In this document: piece by piece, positions 1 through 11,189 of the stretch
How positions within the stretch are numbered: position 1 is the stretch's first letter
Layout of the letters: each line of letters starts with the position of its first letter
NCBI RefSeq assembly: GCF_006345805.1
Contig: NW_021835470.1
Span: 6,201 to 70,200 of the forward strand
Direction: 5' to 3'
Origin: Octopus sinensis
Taxonomy: Eukaryota
Length of the DNA stretch: 64,000 bases
Notes under the pieces: model-generated
Database searches by the model: none
What the model was told of the DNA's origin: nothing
Seen by the model: only the letters and a program-made list of their open reading frames with translations
Program-made: the position numbers and the translations under genes

Positions 1-449
1 GGGTGGCTACCGGAAGATCATATGTCTGGCAACAGGACGTTGCACCACGCCACACAAGCAGGAGAACCCAGTCAAGGCTGTCAGACAATTTCTGTGACCA
101 CATAACCACTAACATCTGGCTACCTATCTCCCCAGACTGCACCCCCCTCGATTATTATGTGTGGTGCGTAGTTGAGTGAGAGACCAACAAAACTCCTTGT
201 AACACCAAAGATGAACAGAAGGCAAGGATTATGGCAGCATTTACCAACTTAAACAAGGAGACCGTCCAGAAGAGTTGCAGGAGGTTCCGAAGTTGTCTGG
301 AGCTGTGGTTGAAGCCAATGGCGATTTTAATTTTATGGAATAAATTTACTTTAGTATTTCAAGATATTTCTATGAAATTCTGGTAAATACATTTGTTAAA
401 ATGAGATGTCAGCGTAATTTAGATGACAATTTACTCATCGCAACCTCTG
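1..449 (+). mobile_element. 3' part of a degenerate Tc1/mariner transposon, maT-like (DD37D), cut by the window edge
   Basis: From nt 21 the frame reads YVWQQDVAPRHTS...NIWLPISPDCTPLDYYVWCVVE*ETNKTPCNTKDEQKARIMAAFTNLNKETVQKSCRRFRSCLE, then a frameshift to AVVEANGDF. I count 37 residues between the QQD Asp and the SPDxxPLD Asp. It has one in-frame stop and ends near ...CTCTG next to (GT)n. Confidence 0.85.
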
Positions 450-645
450 TGTGTGTGTGTATATATATAAAGAGAGAGAGAGAGAGAGAGGCGAGCAGTT
501 AAACATTTTTGCTTCCATGTGTTAAATAATCGATGTTTAAATAAAACATCAATAATTTGCTGCCTTTGGCCACAGTAAGTTAGAAGCTTGTTGAATAGTG
601 AACGATAAAGCATACCTTTTTCTTTCTCTCTAACTATTTTGGAAT

Positions 646-693
<48 letters not shown>

Positions 694-696
694 ACG

Positions 697-774
<78 letters not shown>

Positions 775-1690
775 GGCGGTTCTCAAGCATAATGCAGTCA
801 GATGGCAGAGACAAATAAAAAAAATAAATAAACGATTATTCCATCAAAGATTAATTCAAAAATTGTAGGTTGCTCACTGCTGTCAAAGTGTACACTTCAT
901 TTGTCCATAATGTTATACAGTCGGATCGAACTCGGAGCGTGTGTTAGAAAAAGCTATCAACTTAATGACACTGCTATGCCTGCATTCAGGCACAGAAGTA
1001 TATGGACATGTAAATATGTCATACTTCTTAATGCCAATATTTATATGCTTTATAACATTTGACAAAATGATCTTATGTCACTTGATATCACCTTTAAAAT
1101 GGTATTTACGCTGTCAAAGTAATCTATGTCTCATCAATAATGAACTCCTAATAAGCCTTAGTAATAATAAATTACCAGTAGTGGTCGCACTAGATCCTGT
1201 ACTAATATATGTTGTCCGTTTAATTGCATTACTTCTGGAAACACCGATTTCGTTTTCATCACATTTATGCAAAATTCATCAGGTAATTGCATAATCAATT
1301 AAAACCAAATCAAGTTAATTGAGTAAGATAAATTTTATTTTCCTTTATGTTTAAAATAAGTGAAAGTGTAAATTTATCTGATGTAAAAGTTAGGAAATTA
1401 TTACTTTAAGCCTTGAATTTACAGGAACAGTAATGCGGTATCTATTGCATATCCTCGTAAGTGACCGGGATCACAACTTACCTCCTGAAAGGGTCTTCAG
1501 TCCGACGCAGTGTTAGTCATTTACACCAGAGTGGACTTGGGCAACGTGAAATGTGTCACAGTATGTCCACGCGTCTTTTGCGATTCTGTCGGTTTGAATT
1601 TTCGTATGTCTTTTTTCTGTCCTTTTTTTTCTGTATATAATAAATACCGGTTTCAAAGTCTGTCACAAGAACAGCAATTTCGAGGAGTGG

Positions 1691-1785
1691 TTAAGTCGAT
1701 TAGATCGACCCCAGCGCTCAACAGGTATGGTTTCAGGGTGTAAGGCAAAGTCGATCTCGGTGAAATTTGATCTCAGAACATGGAA
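1691..1785 (-). mobile_element. Degenerate Meta-domain SINE fragment (family C)
   Basis: ttaagtcgattagatcgacccc...aggcaaagtcgatctcggtgaaatttga matches the reverse complement of the family C core at 4779-5011. Confidence 0.65.
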
Positions 1786-2794
1786 AAGACCGCATATAGT
1801 CTGGCGTGCTAAGGGTTCTAACAGCTCGTAGCCTTTATCATTTTCCTCTTTTACTTGTTTCAGGCATTTGACTGCGGCCATGCTAGAACACTGCTATTGT
1901 ATGATAAATATCCTTTCTCTTTTACACAAACATGTTTTCTTATTGTTAATGGGCAATCCAGCAAATAACAGGTGATTTGAAGCGTTCCAGAATCACAGAA
2001 AAACGGAATCCATATTAAGTCACCAATTTACTTAGGTTTCTTTGGCTAGATCATATCCAACTCAAGAAAATTAGCACATTTCCATCATTTTTCTGTATAT
2101 GTTAACTCTGATCATTTACATAAATAATTTGTTAGATGCATCCTGATATCTGTAATGGATAGAATATTTAGTAGTATTTCCTTCCAGAATTACTCGTGAG
2201 TCGATCATTTTATGAATAGCTGAAATATGGCCGATCCTTGAAAAATTACAATTTGCAACTGCCAGATCACGGAATCAATACAACTACGTGGTTTCTGGAA
2301 TAGTGTTGTTCACATATTGTGACTGGAAATGATTTCAAGGAAACTGAAAAAAACTTGTCGTGTATATATATGTGTGTGTGGGCTTGTGTGTGCATGAGTT
2401 TGTATGTGTGTGTGTGTATGCATGCGTGCGTGCGTGCGCGTGTGTGTGTATGTATGATGTATGTATGTATGTATGTATGTATGTAAGTATATATATATGT
2501 ATGTATGTATGTATTTGTGCGTATTCCAGCACCACTTCGAAACCGGGTTTGGTTTATTTATGGTCCAGCAAAAATGACCGATAGAATAAGGAAAAGGATT
2601 AAAAAATAAGTACCGAGTTCGAATGATTTGCCTAAGCACTTAAAGGGGGTACAGTAGTATGAGCACTGCTGATCGAACAAATGAATCTCCGTATCGAACA
2701 AAGGTGATCGAACAATCATTTGGAAATTTTTGCAGGATCATCTACTCAATTTAATTATTCTCCGTATAAACTGATATCTCTTTCTCTTTTTTTT

Positions 2795-3007
2795 CTCTTT
2801 TACTTGTTTCAGTCATTTGACTGCGGCCATGCTGGAGCACCGCCTTTAGTCGAGCAAATCGACCCCGGGACTTATTCTTTGTAAGCCCAGTACTCATTTT
2901 ATGGGTCACTTTTGCCGAACCGCTAAGTGACGGGGACGTAAACACACCAGCATCGGTTGTCAAGCAATGCTAGGGGGACAAACACACACACACAAACACA
3001 CACACAT

Positions 3008-3053
<46 letters not shown>

Positions 3054-3214
3054 GACAGGCTTCTTTCAGTTTCCGTCTACCAAATCCACTCACAAGGCAT
3101 TGGTCGGCCCGGGGCTATAGCAGAGACAGTTGCCCAAGATGCCACGCAGTGGGACTGAATCCGGAACCATGTGGTTGCTTAGCAAGGTACTTACCACATA
3201 CCCACTCCTGCGCC
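2795..3214 (-). mobile_element. Full-length tRNA-derived SINE (family A) with internal (TA)n(TG)n tract
   Basis: Minus strand has a tRNA-like head (GGCGCAGGAGTGGGTATGTGGTAAG...GGATTCAGTCCCACTGCG), a CTTGGGCAA CORE-like start, an internal microsatellite and a GTAAAAGAG tail. It is collinear with the copies at 30214, 44841 and 53989. Confidence 0.9.
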
Positions 3215-3461
3215 TATATCATCAAACAATTGCTTTTCTATTTAGCTTTGCCTGTAAATTCCTTGCTAGTATTATGAAAGACAATGCTAGCTAATAAGTA
3301 AAGATTATAAAGTCAGCGAACCAAGACGAAACGATAGTTTTCGGTCCTTCTCTTGCTGCTAATTATCAACTACATACACTTGTGACTGTGTCAATGATAT
3401 TTATGTCTAGTTGAATTGTTCTGGGTGTTAGCATAGAGTAATACAAAAGTACGTCGTATAT

Positions 3462-3769
3462 CACGTGATCACGTGACCGACCAGCCCATCAAACGTTGTT
3501 ACACATTCGCTGGTCTCAATGCGTTCGCATTGTTTTAGCCTTCGAATGACGCCATCCCGCTGGCTGAGCGAGCTGGCCAACAGAAGAAAAAGTGAGAGAA
3601 AGAGTGGTGAGAGAGTACAGCAGAGATCACCACCATCCCTGCCGGAGCCTCGTGGAGCTTTTAGGTGTTTTCGCTCAATAAACACTCACAACGCCCGGTC
3701 TGGGAATCGAAACCGCGATCCTACGACTGTGAGTCCGCTACCCTAACCACTGGGCCATTGTGCCTCCAC
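3462..3769 (-). mobile_element. Arg-tRNA-headed SINE, tail type B2
   Basis: A-box TGGCCCAGTGG and B-box GTTTCGATTCC. 11-bp TSD ACGTCGTATAT at 3451-3461 and 3770-3780. The tail ends ...GGTCACGTGATCACGTG, as in the copy at 21435. Confidence 0.9.
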
Positions 3770-3927
3770 ACGTCGTATATATGTTAGTAAAATGAAGTGA
3801 AAAAGAAAAAGCTTGATATTTGCTAACTGAAACGATTGTGAAACGGACTGGTAAATGTTAATAAGAAGTAGGTCCAGCACAATATGCATTACAATTAAAT
3901 ATGCGTGTGCTTGTTTTATATATTGAA

Positions 3928-4324
3928 ACTAGCAGTATCGTCCGGCGTTGCTCGGGTTTGTAAGGGAAATTATATAAGCATTTTTAGAGAGTTATAGCCA
4001 AAAAATAGCAAAAAAATGCATTAAAAATGGAAAAAAAATTATGGTAATTTTTTTTTTAAATCGTTGACCCATCGTAGACATTTTTAGAGAGTTACTTCCC
4101 TTATATAATAGCGAAAAAATGCATTAAAATGGAAAAAAAATGCTGGTGATTTTTTTAAAAATCGTAGACTCATCGTAGACGCGCGCTAATATCCAGAAGG
4201 GCTCGATATGAATCACGACTATAAGATACCCGGTTTTGGTTAAACTGCACCGCAAAATGTGGGAGTAGTTAGGAATCTAAATCGTAGGAGACAGACACAC
4301 AACTTGACTTTTATATATAAAGAT
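3928..4324 (-). mobile_element. Non-autonomous Helentron/Helitron2-like element (HINE/DINE-1 type)
   Basis: Minus strand starts ATCTTTATATATAAAAGTCAAGTTGTGTGTCTGTCT and ends with the hairpin CCCGAGCAACGCCGGA followed by ...GCTAGT. It has an internal ~100-bp tandem duplication. Confidence 0.7.
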
Positions 4325-4693
4325 ATAATCTACACATAAGTAACATGAGTACAATAAGTTTCCGGTCACGTGTGTATGTATGCATGTATGTAGTCAACAA
4401 AAGGAATGGAGAATTACACATTCTTAATCACCTTACGCTGGTTTCAGATATCTTAACGTCACTTAATACTGCGATGAAGTAATTTTACATTTTATTCGAA
4501 TAGAAAAACTTTTATAATATGTTGATTTTAAATTTCTAGATCTTAGTCGAGGAAATTTTGATCAATAATTATGTAATTATCCGAAACGTACGTAAGCGGA
4601 CTGGCAACGAATAATTTTCTCTATTTTCTTTTGTGTTTTTCTCCAATAATATGTGATCTTATACTGGATATACTTATACTCGGTATATAAACT

Positions 4694-4765
4694 TCCTCGG
4701 TAGTATAGTGGTAAGTATCCCCGCCTGTCACGCGGGAGACCGTGAGCAGATTCCCCGCCGGTGAG
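4694..4765 (+). pseudogene. tRNA-Asp(GTC) pseudogene
   Basis: TCCTCGGTAGTATAGTGGTAAGTATCCCCGCCTGTCACGCGGGAGACC matches metazoan tRNA-Asp through the D and anticodon arms. The T-arm/B-box is broken (GTGAGCAGATTC instead of GGGGTTCGATTC), and the acceptor stem has a mismatch. Confidence 0.85.
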
Positions 4766-4778
4766 GCTTCCATATTTA

Positions 4779-5011
4779 GGCGGCGAGCTAGCAGAAACAT
4801 TAGCGCGCCGGGCGAAATGCTTAGCGGTATTTCGTCTGCGTTACGTTGTGAGTTCAAATTCCGCCGAGGTCGACTTTGCCTTTCATCCTTTCGGGTTCGA
4901 TAAATTAAGTACCAGTTACGCACTGGGGTCGATGTAATCGACTTAATGCCTATGCCTGTCCTTGTTTGTCCCTTCTGTGTTTAGCTCCTTGTGGGTAATA
5001 AAGAAATAGGT
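4779..5011 (+). mobile_element. Meta-domain SINE (family C), near full length
   Basis: tRNA-like head with GAGTTCAAATTCC B-box, then GAGGTCGACTTTGCCTTTCATCCTTTCGGGTTCGATAAATTAAGTACCAG, which resembles the MetaSINE central domain. Tail AAAGAAATAGG. Confidence 0.85.
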
Positions 5012-5486
5012 ATATAAACTTTGGATTTATAAACTGGACAGGTAGCGGATTGGAAATCTATGGACTGCATGGATCACAGTAGTCTCAACTGGTCAGCTTA
5101 GTTTGCCAAGTTTGATTTCTATAAAGCGTTTACAAAGTAGTTGCTCAAATTTTCAATCTCTTTCTCATGTGTGTAGCTATGAGAAAGAAGGAGAGAGAGT
5201 GAGAGAGCTAGAGACTATAATTTGCTAAGCATAGTTATTGTTGGCACTGCTGTTGTTGCCGGTCTTAAACTGTAATGTTTGCCGCTTGATGTTAGTATTG
5301 CCTAGCTCAAGTCAGTCCTGACTGTATCTATGTTCAAAAGTCTCTGAAGCCGTAACTTTCTCGTCTTTCATTTATTATGAAATGACCTGCATCAAGGATC
5401 ACATTTTCTAATTTGTCCTATTTCTGAGCCGTTTCGTGGGTGATTTCTAGCAGGCTAAATGACCACGTATAGGCTGTCGTTTTTGG

Positions 5487-5563
5487 TTGCTGCTGCTAGT
5501 TCTGCTGCAGCGGCCGCCGTTGCCTCTACGTGTTTGTGGTGGCTACTGCTGCGGCCACTGCAG

Positions 5564-5598
<35 letters not shown>
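5487..5598. repeat. Compound trinucleotide repeat (GCT/GCC/CTA)n
   Basis: Read directly. It explains the poly-Ala, poly-Leu and poly-Ser ORFs at 5455-5697. Confidence 0.9.
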
Positions 5599-5599
<1 letters not shown>

Positions 5600-5773
5600 G
5601 TCATCAGTTTGGGATATTTCTCTCGTTTGCATCTAAGATTATTGTTGCACATGTTTCTTTTGGTTTGTTGATTCTCTAGTTTTTTTAATCGTTTCAATAG
5701 CGAAATAGCAACAACTATTTACCATTTATTTGTTATTATTGCAAATAGTAATAAAAAATAAATGCGCCCTTTT

Positions 5774-6000
5774 AAAGCCTAGCCAGGCGCATGGGCTCGG
5801 TTTCCCGGTTTCTATGGCGTATGTGTTCCCCAGCTGGACGGGACGCCAGTCATTCGCAGCGTTACTAATGTTTGCCAGTTGAGTGGACGTGAAATGAAAT
5901 GTTTTGCTCAAGAACACAACGCATCACCCGGTCCAGGAATCGAAACCACAATCTTATGATCATGATGCTGACACCCTAACCACTAAGCCACGCGCCCCCA
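5774..6000 (-). mobile_element. tRNA-derived SINE (family D) with V-domain-like motif
   Basis: Minus strand reads GGGGGCGCGTGGCTTAGTGGTTAGGG...GGTTTCGATTCC, then TGTGTTCTTGAGCAAAAC and GACTGGCGTCCCGTCCAG. The last motif resembles the V-SINE domain; the family assignment is inference. Confidence 0.7.
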
Positions 6001-6048
6001 CCTTTCCTAATAGTAAGCAACATTTATTATTAAGCCTTATTTAAATAC

Positions 6049-6272
6049 CTATTTCTTTATTACCCACAAGGGGTTAAACATAGAGAGGGGACAAACATAG
6101 GTATTAAGTCGATTACATCGACCCCAGTGTGTAACTGGTACTTAATTTATCGACCCCGAAAGGATGAAAGGCAAAGTCGACCTGGCGGAATTTGAACTCA
6201 CAACGTAACGTCAGCCGAAATACCGCTAAGCATTTCGCCCAACGCGCTAACGATTCTGCCAGCGCGCCGCCT
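6049..6272 (-). mobile_element. Meta-domain SINE (family C)
   Basis: Reverse complement of the 4779-5011 element over its full length. Confidence 0.9.
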
Positions 6273-6999
6273 TAAATACCGTCGACGTTGGCTCTACCAT
6301 CCATCCCTCAGGGGTCGATGGAATACAGCATCTGTGACCCCTACAGGGGTCGATGGCATCAACTAACAAGCACTGTTTCAAGACTTCTGGCCTTGTGCCT
6401 GAGTTAGAAGCAATTATTAAACGCTGTTTATTATTAGAAACACGGTTAATAATACAACATCTAGATGTGGTTTACACCCCAAACACATGCACTATTAGTT
6501 CCTGCCAAAGGCTTCTTATCTTTCATTGCATTCATTATGTACCACCTACATACAACAGGTGCACCATCAAAACCCCGCAAATTATTTTCAACAGACCTAC
6601 ATCTAATTCTATAAATAATTCTACACTATAGACATACTACAGTCATACATTTTCCTCAATCCTCACCATCAATTTATACACCACCACCACCACCACCACC
6701 ACCACCACCACACTAAGCAACCGCATACTTTATTAATGGGTTTTTGTTGTTTTTTATCACTTTCATTTTTGTTTCTGTTTCACAACACAAAAGCCGTTTT
6801 GTTTAGTCAGAATATGCATTCCCCCCGACTCCACTTTAATAATCATTTCTACTATAGGCACAAGGCCTGAAATTGCTTTTTTTTCTTTGTGGGGGCGGGG
6901 TTAGGGTTAGGTGCGTAACTGGTACTTACTTCATCGACCACGGAAGGATGAAAGACAAAGGAGACGTCGGCATGATTTGAATGTAGTGACGGACGAAAT

Positions 7000-7227
7000 A
7001 CCTATTTCTTTACTACCCACAAGGGGCTAAACACAGAGAGGACAAACAAGGACAGACAAACGGATTAAGTCGATTATATCGACACTGGTGCGTAACTGGT
7101 CCTTAATTAATCGACCCCGAAATGATGAAAAGCAAAGTCGACCTCGGCAGAATTTGAAGTCAGAACGTAAAGACATACGAAATGCCGTTAAGCATTTTGT
7201 CCAGCGCGCTAACAATTCTACCAGCTT
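7000..7227 (-). mobile_element. Meta-domain SINE (family C), preceded by a second partial copy at ~6913-6999
   Basis: Same core (cgaccccgaaatgatgaaaagcaaagtcgacctcggcagaatttgaa) and tail as the other family C copies. Confidence 0.85.
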
Positions 7228-7540
7228 TCAATAATATAGATACGAAATATATCTTTCTTGCGTTTCTCAACTACGTAGATTCGGTTCGGGTTCGATTTAA
7301 TTGCTTATCGTCTTGTGCAGATGTGTTTTACTACTTCATCCCGGTAGACAATACTTTAGTAATGAATATGATTGACGGATATTCTGAAGACGCGCGCGTA
7401 CACACACACACATACAGAAATCCCCGTGAGAGCCTCTCTGAGTGTGCTTTTGTTTGTTTAAATTTGTTGCTCATAGCATAGTAAGTATAGCTTGTTAGTT
7501 TACATCACCATATGTTAGCGGTTTGCTAACTTATGGCGAC

Positions 7541-7613
<73 letters not shown>

Positions 7614-7635
7614 CTGTGTGTGTGTGTGTGTGTGT

Positions 7636-7835
7636 GTGTTTGTCTCCGTGTTTGACAACCGATGCTGGTGTGTTTGACTCTGTAATGTAGCGGTTCGGCA
7701 AAGTAGACGGATAGAAAAAGTACTAGGCTTACAAAAAAGAATGTCTAGGGTCCAGTTCTTCGACTAAAGACCTTTTAAGGCGGTGCTCCAGCATGGCTCC
7801 TGTCGAATGAGTGAAACCAGTAAAAGAATAAAAAA
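7636..7835 (+). mobile_element. SINE family A, 3' half
   Basis: gacaaccgatgctggtgtgttt...gcggttcggcaaa...aaggcggtgctccagcatggc...gtaaaagaa. Confidence 0.8.
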
Positions 7836-7843
7836 GAAATTGA

Positions 7844-8139
7844 TCCTTTGTAAGACTAGTACCAGTTGTATTGCTCTTTTGTCGAACTGCTAAGTTACAG
7901 GGACTTAAACCCCTCGGTTGTCAAGCGATGGTCGTGGGGTCATCACAGACACAAACACACACACATATATATATATATATACGACGAGCTTCTTTCAGTT
8001 TCCGTCAGCCAAGTATACTCACAAGGCTTTGGTCGGTCCGATGCTATAATAGAAGACACCTGCCCAAGATGCCACGCAGTGGGACTGAACTCGTAACTAT
8101 GAGGTTGGGAAGGAAGCTTCTTACCATACAGCCACGCCT
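7844..8139 (-). mobile_element. SINE family A, 3'-truncated, tail-to-tail with the previous copy
   Basis: Reverse-complement match to the family A head and body (cccaagatgccacgcagtgggactgaac...ccatacagccacgcc). Confidence 0.8.
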
Positions 8140-8766
8140 ATAAAACACATATATCTATAGACACATTGACGTGTATGTTTGTATCCGTGTGTGTGTGTGT
8201 ATGTGTGTAGATATATACTCACATGGATGTGTATATATATGATTATAAAACGCCTATATCTATAGATAAATCAATGTGTGTGTATGTGTGTATGTACGCC
8301 CGTGCGATTGTCTGTGCGTGTGTATGTGTGCGTGAGTGTGTGTGTGTGCGCGCGCGCGTATGATTCGATGTGAATCCTCGTTTGGACTGTCAACTAAATG
8401 ACAGATTTTATAACGTGGTTATTCAGTCAGTCAATAAATATGAACAAACTATAAAGAATTAAAAAAAAAACGTGTAGAATGACTTTCGTGGAGCATCACT
8501 TAGAAGAGGTGAGGAAAGAAATAATGAGGACGCTCAATGTAAATTATGTCAAGTTTAACGAGGAACGCACAGAAGATACGAAAGCAGTTGTAAACATCGA
8601 TAGTCAGGGGAGGTCACTCATACGTAACTAAATTATCGCTGGCTTAAAATGTATATTGGTTTATTTGCATGCATATATATATATATATATATATGTATGT
8701 ATATGTATGCATGTATATATATTTGTATATCTCTCTATCTGTCTGTCTGTCTATCTATTTATCTAA

Positions 8767-9860
8767 ACCAGCAACATCTATAATATTGACATTCCTGCAT
8801 ATCATGATCTTCTACACAAAGAAATAACCAAGAAATACAAAGTAGTACCTTCTAGTACACTTAGAAAACTGAACCTGGAGATCAGAGAAATCATATTTGA
8901 CTACTACCTAGAAGAAAAAACAGAACCCTACACCCCATCTAGACCGAGAATTACACTAAAGGATCATAAAGAGAATTTTCTTGGAAACACACAGGTCAGA
9001 TTAATTTGCCCCACTAAATCTGACTTAGGCAGACTAAGCAAACTCATTCTAGACAAATATCTACCCACCATCCGCAATAAAATCAAACTAAACCTTTGGA
9101 AGAATACTCAGGGTGCTTTGGATTGGTTTTCGGCCATTAAGGTCTGTGACAGTAACAACTTTAGCTATAATAGAAATAAATTTATCCAATTTGATATACA
9201 GAATTATTACACTTCCATTAACCCTATTATATTAAATAAGTCCTTAATTTTTGCTAGAAAATACACTAAATTAAGTATGGGGGAGATTAAGGTTATACTA
9301 ACAGCCAGGAAAACTTTAATTGAGTTTGATAATAAACTTTGGGCTAGAAAGGACACACCCAACTTGTTCGATATCACAATGGGATCACCGGACTCGGCGG
9401 AGGTGACTGATCTAGTTGGGATGTATCTATTAGATAACTTTAGTAGGGAATTCCCTGAATTAAAAGGTGGATTATACAGAGATGACGCCTTATTTTGTGT
9501 TAAGAATACATCAAATAGGAGATTAGATCTTCTGAAAAAAAGAATAAATAAATTTTTTAAAAGTTTCGGCCTATCCATTATCATTGAAAGTGAAAATTAT
9601 TCTGCTAATTATTTAGATGTTAATTGTAACATTACTAATGGTTTACATGAACCCTATATTAAACCTAATTCTAACCTAATATATATTAACCGTTCAAGTA
9701 ATCACCCCCTCAAATTAAAAATGCACTAGTGCGTAGCATTAGTCAGAGAATTTCTAGTTTATCCTCTAACGAGGAAATTTTTAACAAGCATTGTGATAGA
9801 TACAATGCAGCATTGCTTAAGGCAGGATACAAAAGTAAGATATGGTTTATACCTAAGGGG
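8767..9860 (+). pseudogene. PLE reverse transcriptase (core plus thumb), frameshifted
   Basis: The frame is open from 8767 to 9729 with ITLKDHKENF...RLICPTKSDLGRLSK, FDIQNYYTSI (motif A), FDITMGSPDSAEVTDLVGMYLL (B), LYRDD (C), NYLDV and PYIKPNSNLIYINRSSNHP. A 1-nt deletion in the poly-C at ~9705 shifts the frame to ...VRSISQRISSLSSNEEIF...YNAALLKAGY. Confidence 0.9.
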
Positions 9861-10768
9861 AACCCTCCTAATGGAGGTAAAACTATCAGGAACAACACCA
9901 ATAGATTTAGGATAAGCAACAATATACATATGAATAGTAAAAATGGAATATATGATAACACCTATAATAAATGTAGAAGTGATGTTAACCTCGGAAAGGT
10001 GAACGGTAGCTCAAATAGATCTGAGCATACGGGTAATAGTAGTAATATTAATAATAATATACTAATTAAAACTTATGGTAGACATGATAATGGTAAAGTT
10101 TACTTGCGCAATAACCATGGGAATATTGATATAGATAGATATAACAATGACAGTGGTAAGAATAGTAATCCTATGGTTGGTCTAGGAATAGGATTTTTAC
10201 AAATAACAATAATTCTATAGGCAATCCTATTTCTGATAAGGATACACTATGGTTGATTATCCCATATGCAATGCAGATTAAAACAAACATAGTGAGAGCT
10301 TTGCATAATGTTATATTTAGGCATTTTGGTAAGGATAAGAATAATTTAGTCCTTTAATTAACAACAGTACTGTTAGAGTGGGATATAGCATTACCCATAA
10401 TCTAGCCACCATTATCTCCTCTTTTAATAACAGGAAACTGGATCACTTATAAGGGATAGAAAATTGAATTTAGACCAGGGAAATGTGCCCCTCTTTAATA
10501 ATAATAGGAACAGAACTTTCTTAGAACGAATGTGAACAACCCCCTTACTAATAAAGAGTGCACCGTACCTGTCAGAGATAATATAAATGTAATAGATCAT
10601 ACTACTACTACCAATACTAGTACTAGTGATAGGAATATAGCCGATAATGTGAAATTAACTCATTCGTTGATTTTGGGTTTGGATGATGATAACAATTGTA
10701 ACACTTATAATGTGAATGGTAGTATAGGGGTGGAGACCAATCTTAGATTTCCTCATTCTGTTAATCTT

Positions 10769-11189
10769 TGTAATTGCAGAAACAAAAATAAATGTGTATT
10801 TGGTAATCAATGCCTCAGGAAGGAGGTAGTTTACCAATGCACTGTAGATACACATTGAGTAGTAGGGTGTATATCGGGGCAACTATGAATAGCATAAAAC
10901 AAAGATTGAATTATCACAGATATACTTTTAGAAATAAAAATAGAATGTACTCTACAGGGCTAAGTGCTTACATTTGGGAACTTAAAAGTAAGAACTTAGA
11001 TTTTAGATTAAACTGGAAAATACTAACTTCAGCACCTGTGTATAATGGAAAAAATAAAAAATGCTCTCTATGTATTAAATTTTTTTCATTATTAAAGCGG
11101 GTCGGCAAATTATTAACAACATTAATGAAAAAACTTCTTTTGCATTCATAGGCTACCGTTCACCTTTTCTAGATTCAAATAGAACTTAG
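10769..11189 (+). pseudogene. PLE zinc-binding motif plus GIY-YIG endonuclease, frameshifted
   Basis: CNCRNKNKCVFGNQC (CxCx5Cx5C) and VVYQCTV, a frameshift, then RVYIGATMNSIKQRLNYHRYTF...STGLSAYIWELK...LNWKIL...KCSLC (CxxC). Confidence 0.88.

Noticed and set aside
6895-6912. GGGTTAGGGTTAGG as interstitial telomere
   Set aside because: Only two units; expected by chance.
9207-9961. Minus-strand ORFs overlapping the PLE RT
   Set aside because: Antisense shadows of the RT frame with no independent features.
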